Below, one piece after another: positions 39,001-53,404 of a stretch of 64,000 bases of DNA. The stretch comes from Antedon mediterranea (Eukaryota > Animalia > Echinodermata). The stretch spans positions 17,346,795-17,410,794 of the forward strand of contig NC_092670.1 in NCBI RefSeq assembly GCF_964355755.1. The letters run 5' to 3'. The notes under the pieces are model-generated. The model did not search any database and was not told the DNA's origin. It was given only the letters and a program-made list of their open reading frames with translations. Made by a program: the position numbers and the translations under genes. Numbering within the stretch: the first letter of the stretch is position 1; each line of letters begins with the position of its first letter.

Positions 39001-42000
39001 ATTTTTAGGTGCGCAAATATTCCATATTTGGTATTCAGTAGTTGCCCACCTCAAGAACCTGATTGATAACACGCCACGTAGCGAGAGCTCAGACATGTTG
39101 TCGCATTTCTTCATGTGCATTCAAGGTATTGTGAAAGCAGAATCTTTACCAAAGTCCACAGTATTGGTATGTTTTAATTATTTTGTTTTTGTTAAAATTG
39201 GCTTTAAATCACAAAAACTACTGATATCCATGTTTTTCACACAAAAATCCAGTATTCCTGTTATGGCCTATGATATAGAAAAATCTTATGACAGCAACTT
39301 AAAGAAATGTTTTGTTTTTTGTTTTGTTTAGAGGCTATTAGAAGCTGTGAGTGCCTTACCAAAGAAGGCATTGAGTTCCTCTTTTTTCACAACTGGAGCG
39401 GTACAACTTCTTCATGTAAGATTTACAGTTCTGTAACATCACAAACGTTCAGAATAGCTACATTTTTTAACAAAATTTATTATTTTTTAATTAATTTTGT
39501 TTATTTTCAGGGTACCCCAGCTCTGTTTCTCATTGGTTTACTCTTTAGTGATTGCTTTATACATGATCTCGAGGAAAGGTATGGTGCTATAACTTTCATA
39601 TTATTTTATGACAATGTTTATTCATCTCTGCGAATGACAGTATTACTTATCAGCTTGGATGGAATTATTGCACATAGAAAATGCATTTAGGATTGTATGG
39701 TATTCTTTTATTAGCAGCATCAACACAAAACAACGTTGGTGATAACAGCTCTGTCTACATTAACAAACTTTATGTGACAAAAAAATGTGCTGTGCCCGTA
39801 TATAGACATGATAATGTCATATCACTACCATATTTGGACATACAGTATCACTACCATATTTGTCAAATATAGTTTGACAGTATAGAAAGAGCTTTACATT
39901 TTACTTTATTTCGTCTCTGTTTTTCAGGTTTTTCTGTATTTTCGAAGCACTTGTTGATTGTGGTATGACAACACCAGTTGGTGCACTGGGGTTTTCCCAA
40001 TCTGTCTTTAGCCTTGTTGACACAGCTGCTAGTAAGATATCAAACAAAGAGCAGATATGGAGACTATGGAGTATTGTGGTCAACCCATTGTTAAATGAAA
40101 TTGAAAAGGTATGGATTATGTTTACACTGGTCAGGTTTGTGGTACACTATGTGATTCTAAAAGGGAATAAATAAGGTTGAGAATGTCTTTACATTTATTC
40201 TATTGATTTTATTTTATCTTGCAGACAAATGAAGTGAATCAGGGAGACTCATTGGAGCATGACTTTAGTACCATGTATGCTGCCCTCACACTGCCGATTA
40301 AACATATTTTACCAAACACTATTCCTCATGTAAGTACATTTTCAGCTATCAGTTAAAAATACTCTTGCAAATATCTTGGGTTAAATTAGGTTTAATGGAA
40401 AACTGCTCGTTGTTTTTTATATATTTGTTACATTGTGCATTTAGGCCAGTCAGAAGAGTTTACTGAAGACTTGGTCAGAGCTTTACAACGCCTTCTCTCG
40501 GTGCTCTGCCTTAGTGGCTACAGCTGAGGCTAACCATGCTTGCGAGGAACTTGCTGCAAAGATCATCAAACTGATAGACGAAAAGATTCTTTCAGTAAGT
40601 ACTTTTGCTTTGTCCATAATCTATAAAACTATATAATTTTTAACATGTCACCTGATTAGATTCTTGTCATTTGATTGGATGATTGTAGGTCACATGAAGT
40701 TTAATAGTGCTATTAAACTTATAATCAGAGTGCACATTCTTACATAAAAGGCTATATAATAAAATATAACATTTCATCTTTTACCTCATGAAATTATTCA
40801 CCCAATTGCATTCATTAGTTGTACATATTTGCATTGCAGAGCACTATTAACTTTTGTTTTTACCAATACAGAACATCTCAACAGTGGATGCACTATCCCA
40901 GATCTCTCTTGTTATGATCCAAAACTATGACTTTTCTGCAATTTCCAATGAAAATCAAAGATTGACGTCACCTCATAAAAGAGCGGGACTTAGCAGACGA
41001 CCTCTCGGAAACTTAACATCGTTCATGAAAGTTCTTAATCAGGTTATGTGTTCTTTTAACAAAGAGACGTCCACTGTGTCTGATAAAAAAGCAAATGTGA
41101 GTAAAAGTTTATTTTATTGCCCTCAATTATTGGCGTTTGTGTGTGGAGAAACCAATTGTTAAGAAACATGAGTTACCAAATATTTTATTTGCATTTTGTG
41201 TTCTTTTAACAGGTTCCTCCAATGGGTGCTCACTTTGTGTCGACCATTACTAATTTCTTAGAGGTACTATCCCGGCTTGTGGCTCATTTCACCTTACCTA
41301 AACATCTGATAGCATTGTTGGATAAGACTGTAAAGTCTGTTGCTGAGTTCTATGATCCATCGTCAAGGTAACTAGAATTGTTGTCAATCTGATGCCAATT
41401 TATTAGTGTGAAAATTTGGTTGCCATTCATTTACAAATTTTAGCTAAAAGTTGTTATTTTTTTTTTATAAAACAATTGAACATTCTGATGTCCAAGAGTA
41501 ACTTGTGTACTATACTAATTTTCAACCACAATTTTAATTCGCTTGTTTATACATGGCAAAAAACACAATGATTTTTCACCTGAATGTAATGAATTTGCTT
41601 TGGTTTTTCCTTAATTATAGGAAAGTTGTTTGGACAGCATCACAGATATCAGCTGTAGATGATAAACTTAAGAAGTTCTTAGTTGAACTCTTCACCGCTG
41701 TGCAGAACAGGATCAAGGGTCAATTTGATAACAGATTACTTGCCATCATGTCACCGATTTTAGAGAAGACATTAAATCATCCAAAACGCAATATTAAAAG
41801 TCAGGCTGTACTTTTCTGGAACTCTACCTTTGGAAAAGCCAAACAGCTCGATTATCCAAAAGATATAAAGTAAGAATTTGTTAGTTTTTTATTTTTAAGA
41901 TTTTGGGAATCGCGTACAAACTGTCGTGGACAAAAATAGAACTGGAAAAAATAGTGGAAAGTGTAATATGGATGTTGCAGCATGAATGTGTTAAAGATGA

Positions 42001-45000
42001 AATATTTCATTCAAGGTTGGATGTAATTGTATGTTTATATCTTAAGCTTAATGTTGTGAGTAAATCATCTTGTATCTTTCTTATTTATGTTTACTATGAA
42101 AGAAATGAATATTATTTCTTCCTTTTCTCGATTATAGGCCTGTGTTGAAGAAGGTAAATCAGAAAACACCTCTATTGCTACCGAGCTGGTCAAACGATGG
42201 TGATCAAGTTGTGGAAGAAACCCCAATTAGTCAATTTAATGATGTAAGTTTCGATATTTATAATCAATTTAACATTTGTATCATAATTTACTAATACCCA
42301 AAGGCAAGTTTTTGGCTCCAACTGGTATTCAAAAGTGTAAGAAAATCTAAGAGTGATAGGTCAGTTATAGCTATTGTCAAAGGAAAAGATCAATTAGATC
42401 TATAAAATACAATACATTGGAATTGTTTGTAGTTGGATAACATACATTGTATATATTATATATAATTTGGTATTTTGCCTAATTGACCAAAATATATTTA
42501 TTGCTCTTATAGGTTGATCACAATACACAGAGTTTTGTAGAACCTGATCCCATCATTAGACCTTTTGGATCACCCTCACCGCATAAGATGCATGGAAGCT
42601 TCTTGCGAAAGGAAAGTGAAAAACTTTTAAATATAACATCTCCTAGACGTAAATCTCCAGCACGAGTTGCTACAGCATCACCATTTGCTACATCTGCTAC
42701 GAAGGGTATTAGGAGACGTCTTAATATTGAGGATGACCGCAAATTGGTAGGTATAATACTAGACATAGATTGACAACAATTTTTGTTTTTTTGAAAATCA
42801 GTTTTATCAAGTATTTACTAGACATCGTAATTCTAAAAACATATACAAAAAGTTTTTTACCCAGTATTTACCTGTTTTATGTAGTTCCCAAAGAGTCTCT
42901 AACTTTCGTATCTACTTTTAGAAATATGTAACAATTGCACCATCTCCGAAAAAGAAACTCGTCTTGACAGAACATCAGAAGGAAGTGATGAGAGAACGAG
43001 GTGTGGTACCCACAATGTACAATGACTTGGACCAATCACAGGACACTCAGCTGTTCTCAAATGTGTTTAGCCAAACTCAAGACAATACTAATTCAAGGTA
43101 TGATAATTTTAAGTTGATTCCAGTAGTATTCCTCAGTTTTGTTAGTGTAAAGTTGAATGGGATGATATGCTGGTGTCTTGCTGCCAGTATCATGTTTATT
43201 TGTTTGTTTGTTCATTTTTATACTGGGTGACCTCTTCAGTCAAAGACTGATCTCCCAGAGGACCCAGTTGGTGATCAGTGGCTGTGATGTACTAATACAC
43301 CGGGGTAACCCCCTACTCGTCTCGAAAGATGTACTAGGTTCTTTAAAGTGCACACGAGCTAGTTGTGTACACTGGACCTACGGTTTATAGTCCTTATCCG
43401 AGAAGACTCGTTCTACCACCAGAACCATGCTGTCCTAATGTAGACTATAATGGAAGAAAGTAGGCGCAAGGCAAATAATTTGGTGAATCAGAAGTGACTG
43501 CTCAGATGAGACAGTGTTTGTAGTTTCACCTAGTATTAAACTTAATTTTTGAATTTTTTTTACAAGTTTTAATAACAAAAATTAATTGTATCATCCAAAT
43601 ATCACGTTTAAAACCTTACCTTGTTTTTATAGTATGAAGGAAGCAATAACTGGAGCAATCGACTCGTGTATGGACTCGAACCAAGGAACCTCTAGCAAAG
43701 TAGATGATGACAACATACATCAACATTCTGATTGCCCATTACTAGAAGAAGCAGTTGGACCAGACTTCTTTTGGAAGAATAATGCAATGACAAACACGAA
43801 CCAGCAGGAAGAAAGTAGCCAAAAGAAAGTGAATTTTGATAATGCATTCGGTGAAAAGGGGTCTCTATCTAACAGAGAATCCAATACAGATAACAAAATG
43901 AATGAAAAGAACTCAATTGAGAAAGAAAAGAAAATTGAAAAATCAGAAGAAGTTATGACTGCCGTTGACTCTGAAATGATTGATTTAAGCTCTGAAATTG
44001 TAAATACTCCAGAAAAGAACAAAGCAAACAGTATTGAATTAAATGCAGGGTTGGTTGTGTCTATTGCTGAAACTCAGGACATTCTAATAAACACACAAGG
44101 CAACGAGAAAGTTGTGATTCAGTTGCCGTCGCATTTAACACCAGAGAAAAAAGTTGGTGAAAACATTGATGATTCAGCATTCATTAAAAAACTAAAGTCA
44201 ACACCAGTTTTGAAAATTTTACGAATAGCAGAAAAAGATTCGAAAACTTTCCAATCTCTTGACGTTACCAGTAGTCCAAACGTGTTTGGTAGCCAATCAG
44301 AACAGGGTTCAGGAAAAAAGCGATCATTACGAAAAACAAAGTCGATGGATACTGTCTGCCACGGTTCTCCTACCTTGCGGAGGTCAAAAAGTGTTGATGA
44401 CATCCCAGATGGCACTTGTGAACGATTAAGTTGTACTCAAGATGATTTGGCAAAACTAGCTGAGAAGTTTGAATTTGATGATATCAAGCCTTTGAATGAT
44501 GACTCTGATATTGAACAAAGTGAGATGAAGGATATACAGAATACTAATGGAGAAATTGCCAAGACTAAGAAGTACAAAAAGTCTGCCATTAAAAAAAATG
44601 ATACACCAGTAAAAAGAGTAACACCAGTAAAACAAAGTGCTAGAAAGAGAAATTCTAAATTTAATAAATTGGAGTCTATTGACGAGAATGCTGTGAAATC
44701 TTCTGACAAATCTGAAAGTAACGATCAAGTGAAACCAGCAGAGATTAGTTTGAATGAACCTTTAAAGGTTAAAGGAAAAAGAGGAAGGAAAAGAAAAATT
44801 AGTATTGATAACATTGAACCTGTTGAGAATATTGAAAAAGAAAAGGTTGATTTGGTTCAACCGGAGACACGGAAAAGAAGAAAAAAGACAGATTCTTATA
44901 CAAGCGACTCAAATATAAAAGAAACTGTTACAATTGATGCCTCAATTGTTGACAAAGCATCTTCAACCACTGATGATGTTGAAGCGGAAAACGTGTCCAT

Positions 45001-48000
45001 CAATTCTTGTGAAGACATGTTTGAAGGAATGGGTTGCACACAAGAGACTGCTGATCAGAATGCTGTTACGGCAGAAGAAGCAATTTCTAATCATCTACCT
45101 ACTACAACAAAAGTGATGAAAACGTATGGAAAAGAAAAGTTTCTAGAAATGAAGGCACCAGTTGTTAAAAATTATTTAGATGTCAATGTAGAAAAGCCTT
45201 CTGATTTTGAAAGTGAAGATGATCTAACCCTTGCAGAAATAAAACAATGTTATCTTGATGGTGATAGCCAAGAATCGGCCGATGAGGAAGAATCTGGGAA
45301 TAAAATAAAGGAGCTACATGTCATTTCTGATGCTCATTCTAGTAAAGAAACTGAAAATGAACCTCCCTTTTTTCAAGTGAAAGAAAATAAAAAACAACAC
45401 ACTTTAAAATCAATAAAGAAAAGGAGTCCAGAATCTATTTTCTCTAAGAAAGCTTTGAAATTAGCAATGAGATCTCCCGGCAAAAGAACACCAAAGAAAT
45501 CACCTATAAAACCAGCTAGGACATCTTCTGGAAGGATTGTGATGTTGCCACGGCGGTTAAGATCACAAACAGCTCCTGTTGCTGCTAGATTACGATCAAA
45601 ATCCGGCGAACCAACTCAAAGTCGCAAAATGTCACTGATCAAACGAAGATGTTCCACTCCAAAGAGTCTCACAAAATCAAAATCAGTCTTTGATGGCATC
45701 TCAAATGAGCCACTTCTCTCTCAGGAATATAAGATATTCAACATTGAGGAACAAAATAGTAAAGAAAATACTTTACCAGTAATCAGTGAGAGTCCTGAAA
45801 AACGTATAGAGTCTTTAAATGATGTGGAAACCAAAGATAGTCTATCGGCTATTGATCTTCCTAAAACCTTGGACTTGATTGACAGCACAATCCTCGATGA
45901 CAATATTCCTAGTAATTTAGGGGTTAACCCTGTTGATTTGTTAGATCATAAAGAGATTGAATCTTGCCCAGAGAATGCAGAAAATGAGAACAAAGAAAAT
46001 ATTGAGATCAAAATGGAGGAAGAGTGTGTAACTGAACCAGTAAAAGAAAAGACAATTGAAACTGTATTAAATGAACTGTTTGAAGAAAAAGAGTCTGTTG
46101 AACAGATGAAGTCTGATCCTATTGCCAACAAAGAAGAGTCTATTCAGGATAAAGATCTTTCCATCAATAGTGTCCTCATTGAAGACAATGTCACAGATGT
46201 TGAACAAGATGATATCAAAAGAATATTTGAAGAAAAAGATGAAACAGAAGATATCATAAACAGCAGTCAAAGTCCTTCACAATCATCTGAAGCTACATCA
46301 CGCATTGATGTCTTGAAACAAGCCCTTTCACAAATAGAATCTCCCAAAACATCAATTAGTACAAATTTCACCAAACTCATTCCAACAGCTCTTTCAACTT
46401 CTCCAGTCATTCCTGTAAAATTCTGCCAACAATATTCATCGCCAGAGTCCTCAATTCAGAAAGCAGATCTTCCAGAACATGCCATTCCTGGAGTTTTCTC
46501 ACCTAATGTGTCACCAAGTAGTGGTATCTTGAAGCGACAACCTGCATTAAGTGACTCACCTTCACCAAGGGTAAGAACTATTACTTTATATTTAATTTGC
46601 ATTTAAAATTGCAAAGTGCAAGTGAGAGAAAATACTAAACATAAAAGTTTTGATGATGCAGGACCCTTTTAAAGACACACCTAATGTCTATATTACAATG
46701 CTTTTCATTGGATAACAAAAGACCTTCCTATGTAGTGTACAATCATCGTCTGCATGTATTTCACCCACAAAGAGAGTAGAAGCTGTAAACTTTGTCTAGG
46801 TCAACTTAGGTCAATGTGTTGTAGCCAAGAAAGGAACTATGATGGGAGGTCAAATTATGCGGAATATGAACAGCTCCTATACAGCAAAAAGAATGTATCA
46901 AAGATTGAAAGACAGTCCAGAGAATAATTTGTTTCTCAATATTTTTTCACCAAATTCAGACAAGACGTGTAAGCTTTGCTGACCCAATAGAGCAGCTTGA
47001 TTCTGATGCCAAAGATGCACTGAGTGAAGGAGGGAAGTCTGTAAACAGGTGTCTTGAGATGAACCGACAACTAGCGACATCACCTCTGGTAACGACAACA
47101 CCATCAAAGGTTGTCAATGTTAACTCTAGAGTAAGTTGGTTTGTAGTTTAATTATTTAGAATCTGTAGAAAATTGGATTGGGCTTTTTTTTCGAAGGTTT
47201 GTATGGTGAATAAACACTTGTAAAGTTACGTTTGCGGTACACCTGTGTTCCAAACAAGAAATAGAGTATGTTTGAGAATGTCGTGACATTTTGGTTGTTA
47301 TGCTACAACCATCTTCTGGAGTTTTAAGGGTAGCGTGCACTGTACAGTATACTCATTGATTTAAGAACTCGTTTTTATTTTATTTCTTGTGTAGTTTATA
47401 ACTACTCCGTCAAGTTCAAGAAAAAACAGATTGAAAACCGTAAGCTGTGGAGCTAAGAGATTTAGTAAATCACCAAATGAAAGGAGAAGAAAGCTACGAG
47501 ACTACAGTCATGCATCTCCAAGGCTCATTAGAAAGGTGAGTAAAGGCTTGACCTTATCTTGACCTTAAAAACAGTTGCAATAAATTTGAGCTACATTCAG
47601 ACCATCAAAATGAAGACAGGAGCATAAAGTATTTATATTTTGCTAAATATTTTGTTTTGAACTTTCTTACACAGTAGCCATTTTTATTTTATTAGGGATT
47701 TCATGTAAATGGCTTACAGGTCAGTCAAGACTCTCCTCTAACTCAGGGCTCACCAGGTAGCGGATTTGACAGTGACCATGAGAAGGATGAATTTGACCCA
47801 CTGAAAGCTGTCTTCCCTCAATTGGTCAACTGTACAGCTCCTGTGGTCAAGATCTTACCGAAGTTGACATCGTCGATGTGGTAAGTATTGTATTATATGG
47901 GGAGATCCTCTTTGCGTAGAGCTTATTGGCAGTTGCAGAGAGCTCATGGCAGTTGCGGAGAGCTTATTGGTTGTTGTGGAGAGCCTATTGGTTGTTGTGG

Positions 48001-50199
48001 AGAGCCTATTGGTTGTTGTGGAGAGCCTATTGGTTGTTGTGGAGAGCCTATTGGTTGTTGTGGAGAGCCTATTGGTTGTTGTGGAGAGCCTATTGGTTGT
48101 TGTGGAGAACCTATTGGTTTTTTGTGGAGATCCTATTGGTTTTTTGTGGAGAGCCTATTGGTTGTTGTGGAGAGCCAATTGGTTGTTGTGGAGAGCCTAT
48201 TGGTTGTTGTGGAGAGCCTATTGGTTGTTATGGAGAGCCTATTGGTTGTTGTGGAGAGCCTATTGGTTGTTATGGAGAGCCTATTGGTTGTTGTGGAGAG
48301 CCTATTGGTTGTTGCGGAGAGCCTATTGGTTGTTGTGGAGAGCCTATTGGTTGTTATGGAGGGGCTATTATTTGCTGTTGCAGAGAGCTTATTGGTTGTT
48401 GCAATGAGTCCTTGTTATGGTGTATACATTATTATGTTTTTTTTTCTTTAGGTCTCGTGGATTAGGTCAGCTGATCAGAGCACGTAACATAATAACTGTA
48501 GGACACCTTTCTGCATTAACACCAACAGATGTAAGTTTTATAATTTTTTAAATAATTTCAATAACTATGATTACAACAATTTGTAGAATAATTTTATATG
48601 TATTTCTTGTTTTGATATTTCCTCCTTATTTCAATCTTGAAGGTTTTTAATATTTTACAATTGAAGAATTTTCATTTTTTTTATGTTCTTGATGAAATAA
48701 ATGACTATGAACTGTTCAACTATTGTAATTAGATCAATTTACATAAAGTGGTTCTTTAATAAAACAAAATTGATAGAAAATTACAAGTGATGTTTTAAAT
48801 TGTTGACAACTCATAACTTTAAATGTCAACGTTTTCTGCGAATTCTTATTGTGTTTTGGGACTAGTAAAGTATAATGTTATTAATTTCTCTTCTCAGCTT
48901 AAAACATTACCAATTCGATCTCCCAAAGTGAAAACCGTAAAAAATGCTCTAGCGACATTTCATCTGCAATTAGTAAGACAACAATTTTTATCACTTTACT
49001 TTAAAATAATTTTAAATGTGTGGAGATTAATCATTTATTTCTATAAATTGTCTAAATCTGATAAAATGTGTTTCTTAAAGTGTAGGTATTTACTGTAGGA
49101 ATTTCTTTATTCAAAATATTAAACTATTAAAATAAATTACCTTTAACACTATATAGCAGTTTATGTGTCAAGCCTCGTAAACACCTCACTTCACTTATTT
49201 AAATAATGTGTGGGAGTTAATTAAAGAATCAAGATGCGACTCTTTTGGGAATTCCCATTTATATATAACTAAAGAATCAAGATGCTACTCTTTTGGGAAT
49301 TCCCATTTGTATATAAGTGATTTTCCATGTGCTAATTAAACTACAGTAGATGCTTTTCCTTTCTGAATCCTGTAGCATTTAATTATTTTGAACACAGTGA
49401 ATGTATAGATTATCACCTATCAAACTAAATTGCAAATTACAATTACATAATATCATTAAAATATCAATGTAACACACCACATATCAGTTTACAAGAGTTA
49501 ATGAATTTGTGATAATTACCAAACTCATTGGTCTAAAAGCCACAATTTTTTGCAAAAAGTGGTAGCCGAATGGCACACTGAAACACACTCTGAAGTCCTG
49601 TTTCATGTTCTGCCTTCCACATGGTGGTGGGCTTGCGCATGAATGATGCACTTGGGTATGATTCACATGAGTCATCTTTTGTTATTATTTCTTGTCTGCC
49701 TATTATACTAATGATAATTGCTATTTTTTAAAATTATTTTAACATAATTGCACTACAGGTTGCTAAGCAAGAAAGAGATCAGAGTGAGAAGATTCCAACA
49801 AATGTTGAAAACCTACTGAAAAACACTGGAACAGCCATCTCTGAAATGAATCAATTATCGCAAACACTAAAGGAAGCCTCACCAGCTAAGGCTGCAGTCA
49901 CAGACAATGAAAAACCATCTACTTCCAGTAATCATGGCAACCAGAACACTCCAAATTCAACAGACACAAACGCACCCAATAGAGCTTCTTTAAAACGGAA
50001 ACTAGAAGATACAGCGCCGAAACAATCTCCAAAGAAATGTAAACTAATTGACAATTTAGAGGAATTAACGAGCGAGTTTGTCAAGGAAGATCTATCGCAA
50101 CTTTCAAGTGAACAAATTTTCAGAGCTCATCAACAAGTCAGCTCGTTGATGACGTCAATTGTGCAGGCGCTACAAAACAAATGCCAATCACCAAAGTGA
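33036..50199 (+). CDS. RIF1: Replication timing / telomere-associated protein RIF1, about 2476 aa; exons 33036-33166, 33684-33886, 36140-36243, 36607-36701, 36817-37099, 37387-37525, 37637-37788, 38019-38142, 38441-38608, 38784-38894, 39009-39166, 39332-39415, 39511-39578, 39928-40108, 40225-40329, 40445-40594, 40872-41096, 41213-41367, 41621-41869, 42138-42243, 42513-42746, 42922-43097, 43633-46570, 46960-47130, 47395-47535, 47696-47880, 48452-48530, 48898-48972, 49759-50199
   Basis: N-terminal HEAT-region motifs TRALWCIAKQ, LHRGGSLINSML, WKILIENFA, TNEVNQGDSLEHDF, FWNSTF, LTEHQKEV; PP1-docking GILKR and RRVSFADP; C-terminal WSRGLGQLIRARNI and LPIRSPK. All 28 introns GT-AG with matching phases (7431 nt). 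Confidence 0.95.
33167..33264 (+). repeat. 25-bp tandem repeat x4 containing the RIF1 5' splice site
   Basis: GTAAGTTACCTGGTGCATTATGGGA units starting at 33167, 33192, 33217 and 33242. Confidence 0.9.
33927..35998. mobile_element. Non-autonomous Tc1/mariner-superfamily (Tc2/pogo-like) element in a RIF1 intron
   Basis: TIR CCGTATATTTCGGTGTATAAGTCGCAC / GTGCGACTTATACACCGAAATATACG(A); TA on both flanks; subterminal GTGCGTCTTATACAC repeats; no transposase ORF. Confidence 0.85.
34093..35318. mobile_element. Nested DNA element with 12-bp TIR and 6-bp TSD
   Basis: CAGACCTTGATT...AATCAAGGTCTG flanked by CTAACG on both sides; subterminal AGGAG(C/A)GCC motifs at both ends. Confidence 0.7.
43195..43430 (-). 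mobile_element. Probable SINE fragment in a RIF1 intron
   Basis: GC-richer island preceded on + by a (TTTG)n tract, i.e. an (AAAC)n tail on the minus strand; family assignment is inference. Confidence 0.5.
43633..46570 (+). CDS. RIF1: RIF1 giant internal exon (2.9 kb) encoding the disordered region
   Basis: The 1006-aa ORF 43586-46606 trimmed to acceptor ttttatag (43632) and donor GTAAGA (46571); E/K/S-rich low complexity, ending in SPSSGILKR. Confidence 0.92.
47919..48400. repeat. 21-bp minisatellite (about 23 copies) in a RIF1 intron
   Basis: Unit GGAGAGCCTATTGGTTGTTGT; opens three stop-free plus-strand frames. Confidence 0.95.
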
Positions 50200-52548
50200 T
50201 CTGAAATAAATGTTCATTAATAAAGTAGTTCCTGTTGGACTCCAAAATTAATCCTTACCAGAACATAGCACATCAACAAAATTGTAAGCTAAAACAAAAA
50301 AGACAAAGACCTAGAAAAAAAATTGAATTTTATAAAGTTAGTGAATTCCATTTTCTTGTAGCCTAAATTTATTTTACTGTTTTTTCTTCTGCATCAGATT
50401 CTCAGTTTTCAATATTTACATTGATTTTGATAAACTTATTTGATTTATAGTATAGTGTTTCTTATTAATAATTTTGCAGGTAAATTATTGTGAATGTGCT
50501 ATTTTATTTTTGTATGTTTTTGTAATATTTCTATAAGTTTCTATGCAACCGTTAAAATGATTATAGTAATGATCAATGTAATTACATTACTTTGTTTTTT
50601 ACATATTTTAAATCGGATCAGGTTTATATAATGTATAATTACAGTACAGACATGATTTGTAAATATTTTGTAAGTCAATGGTTTAAAAAGTATTTTTTAA
50701 TGTTCCATTTTAAGAATTGATTAATAAAATTGGTTACAATAAAAATAATATGGTTATTGTTTATATATTTCATTTAAATATTTAACGTATATTTGAGTGT
50801 TTGGTAGACCATCATTATAGAAGAATTGCATTTAACATGCATTTCCGTGACACATACTTGGCCGTATCAACTATTATGGATGTTTGTGTACTATTTCTTT
50901 ATAATATTGTAGCAACCTGTCTTTATCACCTGTCTTTATAAATAAATAAAATAAAATCTGCAAGCACACTTTATTTCAGAAATGTACCGTGTACATGAAA
51001 TAGAACTTGATGTTTAATTATGATTTTTTTTCTATTTTTCCCTGCTATATGTGCTGTGATCTTTGTATGTTGTTTATGTCTTTAAACCCTTTCACCAAAA
51101 AACGTGATTTTTGACAAACAAGTTATATTACAACAATAAAAACTGCTACTTAACATATAGTTTAATGGATAATCACCAATATAACAATTTATAAACAAAA
51201 TTATAGGACAAATATTTCAAAATCAATTAGTTAACAATTTAACATTATTTTCCATAAATTATTATTGCACTCTTAAACAAAATAGAAAACATACATTGTT
51301 AAAATTCTATTATAATAGTAGATTTTTATTTTATATCTACATGTATAAAAACTTAAATTATCAATTACATGATTGATAAGTACAATATGATATATATTGC
51401 TTTTTCATATCATATATAAATGATTTATTTCGCCATTTTAAAAACAAAATGGACATAAAAACAAGACAAATGTAAAACAATGAGGCTGGATTACCTAAAT
51501 GTTATAACAAAAATAATAGAGAATTTAACCATTTTTATTTTTTGAATGAGAAATGAATAAAAGAACAAAAATTTGATTTTAAATTTTGGAAAGATAGCAA
51601 AGCTACAGCATTTACTCCATTGAACATATCCAAACAGATAAAAATAGAAAAACAAAAAAGAAATTAAACATGTATTTGCAGATTAAACTTTATGAAAAAA
51701 CAAATATTAAATAGTTTTAATAAAGGACTACCTACTGTATCTAATCAAGCAAGCAAAGATTATTTAGGAGGGGTATATGATACTATAAATATTAAAATAG
51801 CGTATTTGCACACCTACGCATTTATACTTTTTATTGCACCCATAATTGCTTCAATAGTTTTTATTGATATAATAATAAATTACTTGAATACTAAGCGATG
51901 CGACGCAGACCTTGGGGATGGGTAATTGCCATCATATGCAAGGGGGATTGATAGCCAACGGTTTGCAAAATAATAATAAAATTAATTCTCAATCTTTTTG
52001 CTTAAAGTCAAAATAGATAAGAAATAAGGCCTTATTCTTCAATAAGTTCTTTTTAAAGTTATGCTTTAAGGTTACAGAAACAGAAACATGTACAGATATT
52101 TCCTTGGGTTGAAAATTGACTTATAAGCAAAATCATTGTCATGAATTTTCTAAGATGATTTTTTTGCTAACCGTGTTTTATACGTCTGACACAAGCAATC
52201 TCTTTCAAACAAAATCAAATTTTTTTTCATTAAATTAAACAGTTTTTTTCATAACTTTGCAACACAATTGTGGTGTAGCATGCTATTACATTTTTTAATA
52301 TTATACTTCAACAGTATCACTGATAAAACAAATCTAATAAAAAATATAATATATATTTATGTTTAAATATTGTATAAACCATGTCATGTATGTATTTGGT
52401 CAAACTAGATACCTTAGTTGCATACACTTAAAAAGTAAATCTATCGTTTTCACAGTAGAGAAAAGGTTGAACAACTTGAAGGTTGAACTTGTGCAGTAAA
52501 TAGAGCTTTCAATTTGAACACCTATTAAGAAACTAGGAACTTGTTATC

Positions 52549-52766
52549 AAGGCAATCTAACAACAGGATACTGAGCTCCGGAGATCAAAGGGTTTATCTG
52601 TGGCTGCGTCACGATCAGTTCCACATCCCTTAACAGACACTGCAGCGGGGAATATGTACATATTACAGTACTGTTAGTATTTTGTCGCAGCCAGACATAA
52701 GATCAAAGGACTGTTTACAAGTTCCTATCTTGAAAAGGCAAGCTCTGTGTCCTGTTAGATTGCCTT
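52549..52766. mobile_element. Palindromic MITE-like element
   Basis: AAGGCAATCTAACA..AGGA..GAGCT mirrored by AGCTCTGTGTCCTGTTAGATTGCCTT; inner arms TGGCTGCG / CGCAGCCA. Confidence 0.6.
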
Positions 52767-53404
52767 GGTTACATCATGTTAATTTATTGTGTGCATGCCA
52801 TGTGCTTCCTAGACACAGGATTTGTGGATTGTGTGTGTCAAGACGGAGTCTGATCTGACAACAAAATGTGTGGATTCTAGGTTATAGCAAATCGAAAACT
52901 CCCTTTTACAGTAACTACAGAGTGACCATAGAACACATGCATTGATTATATACAGTACAATTGAATGTAGTAGATCAAGGCTTAAAACAATTTATAAAAT
53001 ATGAGGAAGTAATTTTCTAATTTTATGACATTCGTTATTGATATATAAAATGCATTAACTTAATTTAGTTTTAATCAATATCAGTTATAAATGTATATTT
53101 AATACACTAAGTTTTAAATTATCAGTTATAAATTGATATTAGTTAATTAATAATTAATGAGATGGGTTTATTGCATACTTATACAGTATTGATCAAACTT
53201 ACCAAATTCATTTGGGTTTTATAATTTAAAAGTGCTATGTTATTATTAATTTTAAACGACTTTTAAATATTGAGAATTGGGGCTTTTTATATTAGGATAT
53301 ATTTAACTATATTCTATCTTACTAGGAGCTACTTATCACCAATATCCACACACTGTCATACACTGTATTTTAATATATTATATATTGATAATTTATATGT
53401 TATC

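Noticed and set aside
43720-46270. Several minus-strand ORFs
   Set aside because: Antisense shadows of the RIF1 giant exon.
47888-48465. Three overlapping 150-190 aa ORFs (CCGEPIG / LLWRAYW / VVESLLV repeats), superficially metallothionein-like
   Set aside because: Stop-free 21-bp minisatellite inside a RIF1 intron bounded by good splice sites.
49540-49680. GC-richer patch in the last RIF1 intron as a possible snoRNA or cassette exon
   Set aside because: No convincing C/D or H/ACA boxes or splice-site pair identified by eye.
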